A stretch of DNA of 56,704 nt, counting the filler, from Dugesia japonica (taxonomy: Eukaryota), in NCBI GenBank assembly GCA_001938525.1. It is 4 parts of 4 records of this genome, joined end to end, with 100 filler letters (N's around TTAATTAATTAA, not from the genome) between each part and the next. Parts side by side here need not be neighbours in the genome. Positions count along the whole stretch, not along the records: positions 1 to 8,351 come from MQRL01494472.1; positions 8,452 to 31,763 come from MQRL01588845.1; 2 more parts are not named here. One strand, given 5' to 3'. The translations under genes and the position numbers were made by a program. This document shows positions 1 to 11,315 of the stretch, one piece after another (the first letter of the stretch is position 1; the number at the start of each line of letters is the position of its first letter). The notes beneath the pieces are model-generated. The model did no database searches. It was not told the origin of the DNA and saw only the letters and a list, made by a program, of their open reading frames with translations.

Positions 1-350
1 GCTCCAAAAGAGTCTAGAGAAAAAATGCTACAATCATTTCCATCATTTTTTGTTAAAGATTTACTAGAGATTATTGTAAACATAGTTTGAGGTAATGTTA
101 TAAACAAAGTTAGAAAACAAGAATTGAAAAAAACACAAAAGATCATTGCTTACACTTGTACATACCAAATATAAGAAATTAATGAAGAAAATATTATACA
201 AACATGTCAGCTTTATCGCTGCATTACTACCTATTGCATTGGCTGCATTAGGCCTAACAAATTTTGCATAAACAATATATATCAAATTTGATATAAACAA
301 TGTTGTTTCATCTAAATTAACCACTTACCAGCTAGATTTTGGTAAGTCTG
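1..350 (-). pseudogene. possible Polinton/adintovirus-type major capsid protein N-terminal fragment (degraded)
   Basis: Minus-strand translation VNLDETTLF..YAKFVRPNAANAIGSNAAIKLT...FFQFLFSNF loosely follows the N-terminal pattern of Polinton-like capsids (LxxSYLYIxGKL..KLTNNxFxFLF). Weak, by-eye match only. Confidence 0.3.
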
Positions 351-1264
351 TCTAAAAATTGTTAGATTTTTTTAAAACATTTTTTAAACATTTTATTATA
401 AATTTTAGTTTTAGGTTATTTTACACTCTTTTACATTAAATTAACATTTTTTACAATGTTTACAATATTTAATATTTTATGAAAAAATGTCAAATATTAA
501 AAAATCCTTGCACCAGTTACTCTCGGGCAAAACTGTCAAGTGGATAAAGATTAACTAAGTAAAGAGATAAATTTAATTAATATATATTACAAATCTTTTG
601 ATCACTTTTTATGATTAAAATTAATTTTTCAAAATTTGAATAAACAAACAATATAAACAATATATTCAGTTTAGTACTGAAAATTAAAAAATCAAATTTC
701 AACAGAAAATTTTAAAATAACGAAAGTCGTTTCTTTTAATTCGCCTGGTAGTAATTAAATTACAATGAAATTTAAAATTTTCTTCAAAATTCCACACAAG
801 TTGAAAATAAATAGTATGTTCTGTTCAATGACATTTAAATAATACAAATGAAGACGTCGTAAATGCTAAGAATTAATGCATATAAAAAGATAAATTTTTG
901 TATTTATATTAACCCATTATCCGCCACAATTCAAAAATACAAATAACATCAAATTAACACTGCATTTAGAAGTAAAGAACACTTACCCAGAATATATCTG
1001 AAATAATATTTCTCGGTGGATATGTAAAATAAAGTCCAAAAAACAAGTTTTAATCAAAGGTTCTTTATTTAGAATTATTGTAAAAATTCTGCGATATCAG
1101 AAATAAACACGTTCAAAAAACCGACTGAGTTTATTAGCTTCCGCCTGAAGTTTGTCAGGATATGATCTCATTATTTTAACCACTGTATTTTATTTAGAAG
1201 TTGCAGTTATTAATAGAAAAAAATTTTAAAATATGTCTCAATAGTTGGTTAAGGGGCCCAAACT

Positions 1265-1486
1265 TTGTTCAAATTTTGCATTGATATATCGTCCAAATAT
1301 TTTGATTCATATCCTAAAATTCCTGTAGAAACGAAAACTTTTAGAGAAATCGACAATTTTCTAATTTTCACAGATTTTCGTAACGGTTTAACGATCATAA
1401 ATGAGGAAAATTTAATCGTATATCAATTTAATATAATATACAAATATTTTAGCTTAATATGCAATTGGAAAAAAATTTCAGCATAA
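1265..1486 (+). pseudogene. possible Polinton-like minor capsid (penton) C-terminal fragment
   Basis: YPKIPVETKTFREIDNFLIFTDFRNG..IVYQFNI resembles the penton C-terminal YxPVxxxxFxxIxIxIxD..G..VxLHF pattern; lies next to the capsid-like fragment. Tentative. Confidence 0.25.
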
Positions 1487-1800
1487 ATTCAAAAAAAATT
1501 AATATTTTTTTTCAAAATGATATTCAAATGAAATTTTGAAGATTTTGACCCCGCCTCTCCTAAGGCCTGGTTATGATTTAATTAACCAGCGACCTATTGT
1601 TGGATCCTTGCCAATTATCCCACTACCACATACTAATTATTATACCACCAATTATTTTAGAAGACGAAATGACCGAGAAGCTGCAGCCATAAAACATCCA
1701 GATTCAAGATGGAAAGATAACACAATGTATTCTATGAAACACAGCTAAACAAATATACAATACATGTAGAAGTTTCTCAGCATTTTAAGATAAATTTATT

Positions 1801-2420
1801 CAATCTTTTCAATGTTTATGTTGTGATGGAGAAGAATATCTAAGAAAGCACTGTCCACTGAAAAACAAATGTTGGATTTGCGGTAAACCTGATCATCTTT
1901 TTTGGTCATACTCATTGCTATTGACAACATCGTAACCCTCAAGGTGTTTAGTGATGTGTATTTATGAAGAATCAGATGATTCGAACCAAATAAATTGTTC
2001 ACAATATGAATTTGAAGAAGTCAAAAACCAGACGGATCCCACTGCATACATTTTGCCTGGGGTTTAGTCAATAAAAATTTTAAAAATCGGAATNNNNNNN
2101 NNNNNNNNNNNNNNNNNNNNNNNNNNNNNNNNNNNNNNNNNNNNNNNNNNNNNNNNNNNNNNNNNNNNNNNNNNNNNNNNNNNNNNNNNNNNNNNNNNNN
2201 NNNNNNNNNNNNNGAAACATGGAAAAATGTCGGAGGTCCTAAATTATTTTCAAGTAGTATCTTATTGAGTGGTGTGTTTTCATCTGGAGGAGAGAAGCAA
2301 AAATTCTTTTGAATGGAAAGACCTGTGAGCAGAAATAATTGTTATATAAAATAACTGCAACCAAATTTTATTGGTGATGTAGATTTAAAGTTATTTGGAG
2401 TCAAATTGTATTGTTGATTC
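1801..2420 (+). pseudogene. Ty3/Gypsy gag zinc-knuckle and aspartic protease remnant
   Basis: Frame from 1801 gives CLCCDGEEYLRKHC and CWICGKPDHLFWSY (two degenerate CCHC knuckles). After the N gap, ETWKNVGGPKLFSSSILLSG and PNFIGDVDLKLFGVKL are typical of Gypsy protease. Confidence 0.7.
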
Positions 2421-2745
2421 TATTGATTTGAATAAGAAAATATCAGACATTGACAGAAAAAATTATGTAACATAATTTTTCAAAAATTAATCAAGTACGC
2501 GATTACTCAATTTACTTGGTCAATTTTGCGTAATTTTTATGACATCAACTTTTGACATTAGGCATACAACTGTAGTTCAACATGATTTCAACGAATAAAA
2601 TAATTAAAGTTCTATACGTGTAATTGTTTGTTATAAATACAGGCATGTATTTGCTATCAATAACACAATTATAAGTTTATTATAAGTGAGAATATTAAAT
2701 TTTTATGGCACAATTTTAAGTTTATNNNNNNNNNNNNNNNNNNNT

Positions 2746-3561
2746 TTTAGCAAATCGATTGTTGGCATTTTTAGATGGAAATTATTTAAGGAAATTATTT
2801 GCATAAAGTAAATTTTATTTCTTTTAATATTAAATTATAAATTCAGTTGGAATAACTGGAATCGAATTTTTTTGTTTATAATAATAATTAATAATTTATT
2901 GAATTTTATAGTCTGTTAAAGACTAGATTTTACTATTAATAATTCATATTTTATTAGTCTGTTAAGGAATATTTCTTACTTTAAATCAAAAATGATAATT
3001 ATTTTGAAGTCTGTTATAGATTAGTTTGATTATTTTTTATATATTATTATTCCATTAATACTTTGTCAATAGTATGTTACCGGCTAGAAATCTAAAGATA
3101 ACCAAATATTAATTGAAGGATACTGTTCGACACATTTGTTAAACAGGTATCCTATATTGCCTAAAATCAATTTTAAAATTAGTAAGACCCAAAAATCTCG
3201 TCTTTGGTTTCTATGTCATAAAGGCGGTGTGCTGCAATTTGTTAGTGCCACTGTGCGAATATCTTTTAGGTCAGTAGTAATTACTGAGTTATCTGTCATT
3301 TAATTTATATAGGAGCAGGTTGCTTTAAAAAGGGTAACCCTAAAATTTGGATTTACTTTATGCTTTTTATTAAAATCAATTTGTAATTTTGTTTATAGTT
3401 AATAAAAGTTTATTAAAGACAAACGTGTTTTCTTAATTGATTTCTTTATTTATTATATTGTTATTTGTAATAAATAAAATAACTTTTTACCTACACGCGT
3501 ATTAATTAATTTTAAATTAGATAATTTCTTGTTAAATACCTGAGCCCACTAGGATCTAACA
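2746..3561 (+). repeat. 5' LTR (left boundary undefined, N gap)
   Basis: Ends ...GGATCTAACA immediately before the PBS; about 2900-3561 is homologous to 45380-46024; TATAAAT at 2836 and AATAAA at 3401. Confidence 0.8.
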
Positions 3562-3563
3562 TT

Positions 3564-3581
3564 TGGTGAGCCCGAAGTGAT
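3564..3581 (+). promoter_or_regulatory. primer binding site, tRNA-Trp type
   Basis: TGGTGAGCCCGAAGTGAT lies 2 nt after the LTR end and matches the canonical tRNA-Trp PBS TGGTGACCCCGACGTGAT at 16 of 18 positions. Confidence 0.8.
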
Positions 3582-3628
3582 AAAAAGTTATCCGTGAGCA
3601 AATAAATTTATCAAAATTTAACTTCAAA

Positions 3629-4867
3629 ATGGAAAAGTTGTTAACTATTTTAATTTACAGCAGTTTTTGGTTGAAATGAAAAACAAAAATATTTTAATCC
3701 AGTACCAGTTGTGAATAATTTTCTAATGATGATTAAAAAAACATTTAGCGGAAATCCGTGTGAATTTTCGGAATTCATGTCCAAGTATTATCAGTTAGCT
3801 CGTGCATATGGTATAAATGATGCTATAATGATACAGCGATTGCCAATATACTTGAAAGGTGTGGCAAGAGACATTTACAATGACGTAATGAACTCTATAG
3901 ATATCTAATCTAACGGAAGCATGGGATGCTTTGATGGTCGCGCTTACAAATAGGATATTACCAGGAGATACAGGATGTATCTTAAGATAACCATTCTATA
4001 ACTGACGTCAGAATGCCGATGAGCATGTCGGGAAATTTGCGTACAATTTATCTATATTAGCAGAACGAGCTCTTGGAAATAAAGCAGGGTGGAACGATCC
4101 CACCAAATTGATTCTTAAATACCAATTATGGTCAGGATTTAAACCAAGCATGATAAATGCCTTCAGTTTATATGTCGGAGAGTTATAAGAAACTCACTTA
4201 GAAGGCTGTGTTGATTGAAGCTAGTTTGGTTAACAGTGAAAGCAGTTTTATTGTTAATGCAGAGAAAACAAAAATAGTTGAATGTTTAAAGTGCCATAAA
4301 AAGGGACACATGTCCAAAGATTGCCAAAAGCAAAATAATAGTAATAACAATAATAGTAATAATAATAACATTAATAAGAGTACTCGATGTTCTAAATATG
4401 GTAGAAATAACCACACGGTAGAAAACTGCAGAGTAAGGAATTTACAAGGCGATAAATGCAAACGGAAAGGCCATGTAGCCGCAGTTTGCAGGACAAAAAT
4501 GGAAAACACTGTTGTTAGAGATCAAGTTAATTTCAATGGAAAAATTAAGTGTCAAAAATGGGAAAAATTTGGGTAGATGAAGCGTTCATGTCCCAAGAAG
4601 CAGAACAGAAATGGCCAAGCAGCCCAAAGTTCTCAATCAACAGTAAATATGATTAACTCAGGACAGAGTTTAACTTACTTGCAGCAGTTAGAATTGGCAA
4701 TTCAAGATGATAGGAATGGTCTCGCAAAATTGGATACTAATTGGATGCTAATTGTCATTACTAATCGCCCCAGGAAAGCAAATCTTGGGGAGACAGAGTT
4801 GGTGGTTACTGGAGAAGTAATGAGGCTAGAAAATACTGTTGAAAAACAGGATAATCAAAATAACTAA
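3629..4867 (+). pseudogene. gag: Gypsy-type gag with multiple CCHC zinc knuckles
   Basis: KTFSGNPCEFSEFMSKY..LPIYLKGVARDIY and RQNADEHVGKFAYNL (capsid-like); knuckles CLKCHKKGHMSKDC, CSKYGRNNHTVENC, (G)DKCKRKGHVAAVC, CQKWEKFG*MKRSC; stops and frameshifts. Confidence 0.9.
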
Positions 4868-5364
4868 GAATCAGATATTCTTGAAAGTTGTAAAAATATA
4901 ATTGAATTCAGAATGGATTGTCAAGATAAATTAAGGGAACAATTAGAAGAAATAGCTAGCAACGAACTGGCAAGGGAAAATTTAGAAAATGTAATGCAAA
5001 TAATATCTAAAGTCAGGCATGAGAAGGCCTTTTATAAAGAAATTGCTGAAATAAGCAGAAAAATTAGTAAAAAAATGTGGTGCGACTGGGATTTCAGAAA
5101 TGCTCAGTTGGAGATACACTTACCAAAAAGAGGCAGAGTACCTCTGGAATTAGATGTAAAAGAGCCAGTAGCTAAAATAATAGCTTGTCTGAAAAAGATC
5201 ATATACAGAGCATTTGATCTGTAATTGTATGGCAAAACATTAGACAGAGATGAATATATGTTGTTATGCGGAATATAAATGGAGATAAAACCGAGATACA
5301 AGCTAAAAAGATAGTAGTGTAAGTAGCTACTATTAGCCCGGATAGCATATTTGCTATAGAGCAT

Positions 5365-5829
5365 TTGGAATTGAAACAGTTACAAAACGCTCACTCCATT
5401 ATACAGAAATTAGGAAACGAGATATTTTCAGTTCCAAAATGGGATGAAAACATTAAAAGTATATTAAGTTGGATGTTTACGTTACATATTCTAACTGAAG
5501 TTTTAAAAGAGGTAATACCATTGATATTATCATTGGTATTACCATTGTTATTACCAAACAGTTATCAAAATGAAATTCGAATGTTAATTAGAAAAAATGG
5601 GGAAACCATAAGGCATGACTCGGTCAGACAGGCTCATTTTGTTGTTGGCATAAGAGTACTCGGTGAAGTGGTACAACAAATAAAGAGATATTCATGTTTC
5701 ACAAAGGTGTTAAAACTAAAAATCTATATCGGATTGACATATCCACAAACATGTTTAATAGTAATTTGGGGTAATCAAGTTGATGACGACGAATACTTAG
5801 TGGACGTTCACCAACTAAAACTACATTAG
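5365..5829 (+). pseudogene. probable integrase C-terminal (GPY/F-like) tail remnant
   Basis: FVVGIRVL...KLK..LTYP...VDVHQLKL resembles the FxVGDRVL...KL..GPY...VHVNRLK pattern that follows the Gypsy integrase core; the core itself is absent. Confidence 0.45.
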
Positions 5830-6745
5830 TCAATGTGTTGATAGTGGAGCCATCGAATGACCATAGGATTATGTTGCGATTGCCAGAAGTATCTGAGGAT
5901 TCACAGAATCAAGATTCACAAGTAATGCATGAAAAGGAAATGGATATTCCTCGACAAAATTAAGAAATCCTGGTGTATCTGGATGATCCAGAACTGGTTG
6001 AGTTACCTAATATACCACGAAAAATATTCTCTGAAGAAACAAGTAACTTCAGGAACGTACAAGATAACAATCTGAGAGTATCAACCTCCAGAGAACCAGC
6101 AGAGGAAAGACAACAAAGGGTTGAAAAGAGACGTAGACTGAAAAAGAATACTAATGTCAAGTCAGTGGACGAAATAGTTGCCAGAGAAATCCGAGCCAGG
6201 GCATTAAAAGCCATAATTATCGAAATTGATCAAGGAGATGTATGGAATGAATCAGTAATGTCAGACACATGCTATAAAATTCTGAAATTTATCAGAGTAT
6301 TAAAACCTGAGTTAAAATTGAAAAAGTTGGACGATGCGATCCAAGCTAATTAGCTTTGTCGCTAAAAACAATCATTAGAAAGTTACCAAGGAAATTGCCT
6401 GATGAAAATATTAGAAACACAATCCAAACGTTAGCTGCTCAAGGTATTAAAAATTGGCGTGCTTTAATGGCATTGACAATGATTAATCGAGATTCATTAT
6501 TAAGTTCAAATAATGATATTAGAAAATTAAAACAGAACATTGCAAAGCTATCAACAATTTTTGATAATGTATTTGCACAATGGACAGTTAATTCCAACGA
6601 GTGAAATGAACAAACATGCCAAAATGGCGAAGTACCAAGGTATGAAATTAATGTAGAAAATAACGAAATATCTGTCTTCGAATCAGCAAATAGAGTACCA
6701 TAGACAACAAGGAGAGGATTGGAGAAGCCTACTCAAATAATACTA

Positions 6746-8043
6746 ATGATATTTATAATGATGGGAATATTAAGGCAAACCAATGGGTTGATTGCTTATG
6801 ATTGTCATAATCTTAGCCCAGCAGGAATTTATTCGCTAGTAGATGCAAAGGAATGTAGATAGGCATATCCTACAAGATTACAGATTGTCCAACCAGCTAA
6901 ATATTATATTTATCAAGAAACTGAGTATTACNGCACTAAAGTGAGAGAGTGTTGAGTACAGAAAGTAGTATTTGAATAATGTTGTGGAGTTTATAGTTGT
7001 ACAAGAAAACGAAATAAAGGAGGAAAATACTCCTGTGGTATTAGTATCTACCGATCCTAAAGATGCAATAAGGTTCTTTAGAAAGGAGCCAAAATTAAAG
7101 TTTGCTCGTAGAGTATATGAAACTGACTATAAAGGGTTGTACTTAGCAAAACTAGTGTTCCAACCGCAAAGCAGATAAATGCTCAAGATATAAAAATGAC
7201 AAACTAATAAATAATAAACTCGATTATTTATATCATAATTTGCAATTACAGTTGCATGACATGTACAGCGAGGTTATCACAAATGACTTCAAACTAAATA
7301 CGGAAATTATAAAGAATAGATAAGTAATTTCAGTAGTATATCCAGATTTGGTCACTTCAATGTTGTTGGAAAAAGGCGTTTTCGGACGAATGATGGGCGA
7401 AGCCATTTATAGTTATCAATGTGCGCTTATAGAGGTGTTACCCACCAATTTTAATCAATGCACTGTGGAATTTCCAGTAAGCTTTGAGAATAAATTAAGA
7501 TTTATGAGTTCAATAACTTATATGTTATTAAGAGACAATGCAATATCTCAGGAAGCATGTATGTATTCCGGGAATATCACCATTATACAAGGTGAATGAC
7601 CATTGAATTTCATAACCTGGTCGTAAACCACCATCTAAACCAGTGCAGACATTAGATATTTCCAAATTAACGGATAATATGGAATTCAAGTCTCTTAATG
7701 ATTTGGCCAAACAATCCCGAAGATATTGAACAAGCAAGAAAATTGTTTGTCTTTCCACAGACAAGGGAACGAAGAATATCTGAAATAATTCAAACAGTGT
7801 ATCATCAAAATGAGATACGACCAAATTATAATTTGTTGTTTGGACCAGAACATTTCAAAGAAGTGGCTAGAAATGTATAAAATGTTTAAATATCATAACG
7901 ATGAAATTAAAAAGTTAAAAATGAAACACGGAACTGAAAGACATACAGTTGTGCGTTCCAAACCTAGTGAAAGGAATATCGACAGCGATAGTAACGATGA
8001 CGATTTTGACGATGATACTAATATATCTACTAAATATGATTAG
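6746..8043 (+). pseudogene. env: envelope-like glycoprotein, chuvirus (Jingchuvirales)-like class III fusogen, degraded
   Basis: Hydrophobic leader MIFIMMGILRQTNG then LIAYDC..YSLVDAKEC..QETEY.TKVREC; NKLDYLYHNLQLQLHDMY; GEAIYSYQC..EV...QCTVEFPV; EDIEQARKLFVFP. These blocks are collinear with conserved blocks of chuviral G proteins. No clear C-terminal transmembrane helix remains. Confidence 0.8.
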
Positions 8044-8351
8044 ATAGATAGTGGCGGACCGCACCACGCACACATTCAGTAACCCCCCCACCCAACGTGA
8101 CGTAACGAAATTTAATCCTAATGTATTTAGTTGGGAATTGAAAAATTGCATCATAAATTGCATCATTAGGTAATAGTACTTAATTTGNAGTTACTTTTTT
8201 CCTGTGTATTTAGTTGGGAAAAATTTTTTGCACACAAATTATGTCATGAGATTAATTTCATCGGTGAAATTTATTATTCAAAATTTCCACAAACCTTTCT
8301 AAAGCTGGTTAAAATTTACAGGAACTTTTTAATCATCATCGAAAATTTCCA

Positions 8352-8451
8352 NNNNNNNNNNNNNNNNNNNNNNNNNNNNNNNNNNNNNNNNNNNNTTAAT
8401 TAATTAANNNNNNNNNNNNNNNNNNNNNNNNNNNNNNNNNNNNNNNNNNNN
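8352..8451. other. artificial scaffold-joining spacer
   Basis: 44 N + TTAATTAATTAA (stops in all six frames) + 44 N = 100 bp; identical at three places. Confidence 0.95.

Positions 8452-8517
<66 letters not shown>
8452..8517. repeat. (TAT)n microsatellite
   Basis: Pure trinucleotide run at a scaffold start. Confidence 0.95.
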
Positions 8518-9117
8518 GAAATTGATAAATGTGTAAATAAATAAATTATAAATATAAACGTACTCATGCGTATAATTATATAATATACTTTAAATCCTTA
8601 AAATTGGAGAATTTGTTAAGAAACTAAAATATTCATATTTATTTATTGATACCATGTAAAAATCCCTCAATTATACTACACTTTATCCACTTTTTAAAAT
8701 TAAATATTTTTAACGCACATTTTTAAGTTATCGTTGATTATTCTTTATTATTTTGTTAACATTTCCATTATTCATCTGATCATCACTCAAAAGAACTCGT
8801 ATTAATAACACGAAAATTCTTTTAATTCGAAATTATTGCGATATTCGTTGCTTAAAATTTTTTTGTTAACAACCAATTCTCCAAATTTTTGGGTCTGAAA
8901 AAATCAATTATTTTATTGAGTTGAGCATTAATATAAATAAAAAACTTCAATAATATATACAAATTAAAACTAGTTTCGTTCATGAAAAGTAGTTTTATTG
9001 GCGAAATAATCTTTACTCTTAAGGCGAATTGTTTTTTTTCCTCACATGTTATCTGAAATGTAAAAGTTTTTCATGCAAATTTTTAAACTCTTTTTGTTGT
9101 CAATCCTTATTTTTTTG

Positions 9118-9201
9118 GGGAGGGCTTATTTTCTGAAAAATCCTGAAATTCACATTAGAGGTGATTTTAGAAGGAAGTCTTATTTTCGGAAAAAGACGGT
9201 A
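9118..9201. mobile_element. pogo/Tigger-like element end (single TIR)
   Basis: GTCTTATTTTCGGAAAAAGACGG followed by TA, with a subterminal repeat GGGCTTATTTTC; the partner TIR was not found. Confidence 0.45.
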
Positions 9202-9289
9202 TCTCTATATTTTTTAAAGCCAAATCTCATTTTATTTAGACAACTATAAAATTAAGCAAAAATAATAAGTTAATCAATAAATTAATCTC

Positions 9290-9572
9290 CGGCATTATTT
9301 ATGACTCTACTTGAATGTTTGACGGCTATCCTCTTCCACCAGAACAATACAATGGTTCTCATTAAATTTGGATGGTTGATCGGAGTGGCCAGTATCTAGA
9401 AGGTTGATTGTGAATTTTAAAACTTCGTGAACCAAAATTGTGCAGTACTCCAGTCCATTGCGTCTTTGATGTACACATTGCAAATATATTGGGCCACTTC
9501 TATAACTTTTAAACCTTGACTAAAAGCGAATAAAAGTAGAGGTCCTAAATGTTGTTTTTATCTTCTTGGCAT
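9290..9572 (-). pseudogene. mariner transposase N-terminal HTH fragment
   Basis: KQHLGPLLLFAFSQGLKVIEVAQYICNVY..STAQFWFTKF..SDQPSKFNE..LVEEDSRQT matches the mariner DNA-binding domain. Confidence 0.8.
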
Positions 9573-9848
9573 TACATTTCTTAAAACTATAACATTTATG
9601 GAGGTTTTGTTGAGCACAAAAAAGGATTTAAAATATATGTTATTTTTCAATAATAAAATGGTGTGATTTAACAAACTACAATTTACAATATAAAAATACA
9701 ATCGCGGTAAATTATGTTACAAACCAACAGTATCGAAATTTTGTTCATCGAAAATTTGATTTTTAAACGAATTATTATGCATTTTACTAATCTAAATGAA
9801 TTATAAACCCAAGAGTACGGTCAGATATTCTGAAGTATTTTAGATATA

Positions 9849-10450
9849 TTGGGTTGTGGAATAAGTTCTCCATTATTTTCATCGAAATTAAAAATCGAAG
9901 TTATAATATATAAATCTTTATTTTATTCACAAAAATATTAACCACTATTATCAATTACTTGTTGCCAACGTTGTGGTAAGCTCATTATGCCAGCTTCATA
10001 AACACTTTGGAGCTTTACTGTAAAGAAATTCTCTAAATACTTCTTGACATCCTCGCTTGAATGAAATCATTGCTTGTTTAGATTATTTTGAAGCAATCGG
10101 AATAAATAGAATTAGACAACACGAAAACGTGCAAATCATCTCTGGAAGGTAACAGAGTTTATGGCTGAGTCACCATATACACTGAATATTTCAACTCGAG
10201 CTTCTGTCGCATTCACCTTTTTTAAATAAAAAAAAGTAAGATATGCCTAAAATGCTGCCTTAAATCGCCAGTTTGATTTGCTTCATTCATTCTGAAATTA
10301 CGAATATTATAAAAAAAATTTGATATACAATTAAATTATCGAGAAACATACCCGGATATTGTTTAAACAATTTGGGATTAGTAATTATTTCAATAAATTT
10401 TTTTTGAATTTAGTCATTGGAAATAATGCAGAACTTATTCCATAGCCCAA
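9849..10450 (-). mobile_element. internally deleted mariner element with both TIRs
   Basis: About 30-bp TIRs TTGGGTTGTGGAATAAGTTCTCCATTATTT / AAATAATGCAGAACTTATTCCATAGCCCAA flanked by TA. Transposase N-terminus (QHFRHILLF..NATEARVEIFSVYGD) is joined to the C-terminus (YLFRLLQNNL..GIMSLPQRWQQVIDN). Confidence 0.9.
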
Positions 10451-11315
10451 TATATCTAAAAAGTAATTTTATCTGTATAAATTAAACATTAAAATTAGAT
10501 ATTAAAAAAAATATAGTTAAAAATAAAAGTTACATCCTTTAAAAACAAAGAAATAATATCCTGCGAGCTCCACACTCATATCTGAATTAAGTTTGTAAAG
10601 TAGTTGACTGTGATGTTGGGTTAAAGAAAATCCTTGAAAAAATGACTGCCGTGTGTCTTAGTAAAGAATTCATTGCTTACTTTGATTGTATTAATCAAAA
10701 ATTTATATTTATTTCAGAGAATTTATTCTGGTGGTTATCATGAATTGAAAGATNATAAGAAAAAAGGACACGAGTAGAAATCTTTTATTCAATAACTTTG
10801 ATGAAATGCTTCATTGTTCCAGTAATTACTCTGACAAAACCAACAAAATTTCTGAAACAGCTGACAGTATCAATCTACGTAAAACCCAATTACTCAAAAT
10901 GAAGATTACTGATATTCCTGATGAACCAAACGAACAATCAAATTTTAATAAAGCAGTTGATAGTATATTAATACATCAAAAAAAAATTCATAAAGTAAAC
11001 AAAGAAAATAAACGTAATTTTTGATGAGATTTTTTAATTTGAAATTAAAAAAATATTTAATAAATTCAGAAAATTCAGAAAGAGATTATGAGAAAATGCG
11101 AAGGTATTCATGAAATAATTTCTTTATAACAATTGATATACAAACAATGAATCAGTACTAAGATTTTCAGTTAAAATTATCATAAATTTATATTACTATT
11201 TTTTACTACACATTATTAAAAGAAAAAGAAGATTAAAGACAAATCTCAAAAAGTAAAGTTAAATGTGTAATCGCCGAATAAAAACTTTAGACTCGTACAA
11301 TGTTTATTTTAAAAG

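Larger units (their letters stand above)
2746..8351 (+). mobile_element. Ty3/Gypsy-type LTR retroelement, pol largely deleted, with envelope-like gene (degraded, truncated by scaffold end)
   Basis: LTR ending CTAACA at 3561, PBS, gag with several CCHC knuckles, integrase C-tail remnant and chuvirus-like glycoprotein. No RT or RNase H motifs found between gag and env. Confidence 0.85.

Noticed and set aside
2909-3086. CRISPR array interpretation of the hairpin repeats
   Set aside because: Eukaryotic LTR context, irregular spacing, low-complexity spacers and no cas genes.
10700-11150. Possible host exon or coiled-coil ORF
   Set aside because: Stops and frameshifts, no recognisable domain, no partner exon.
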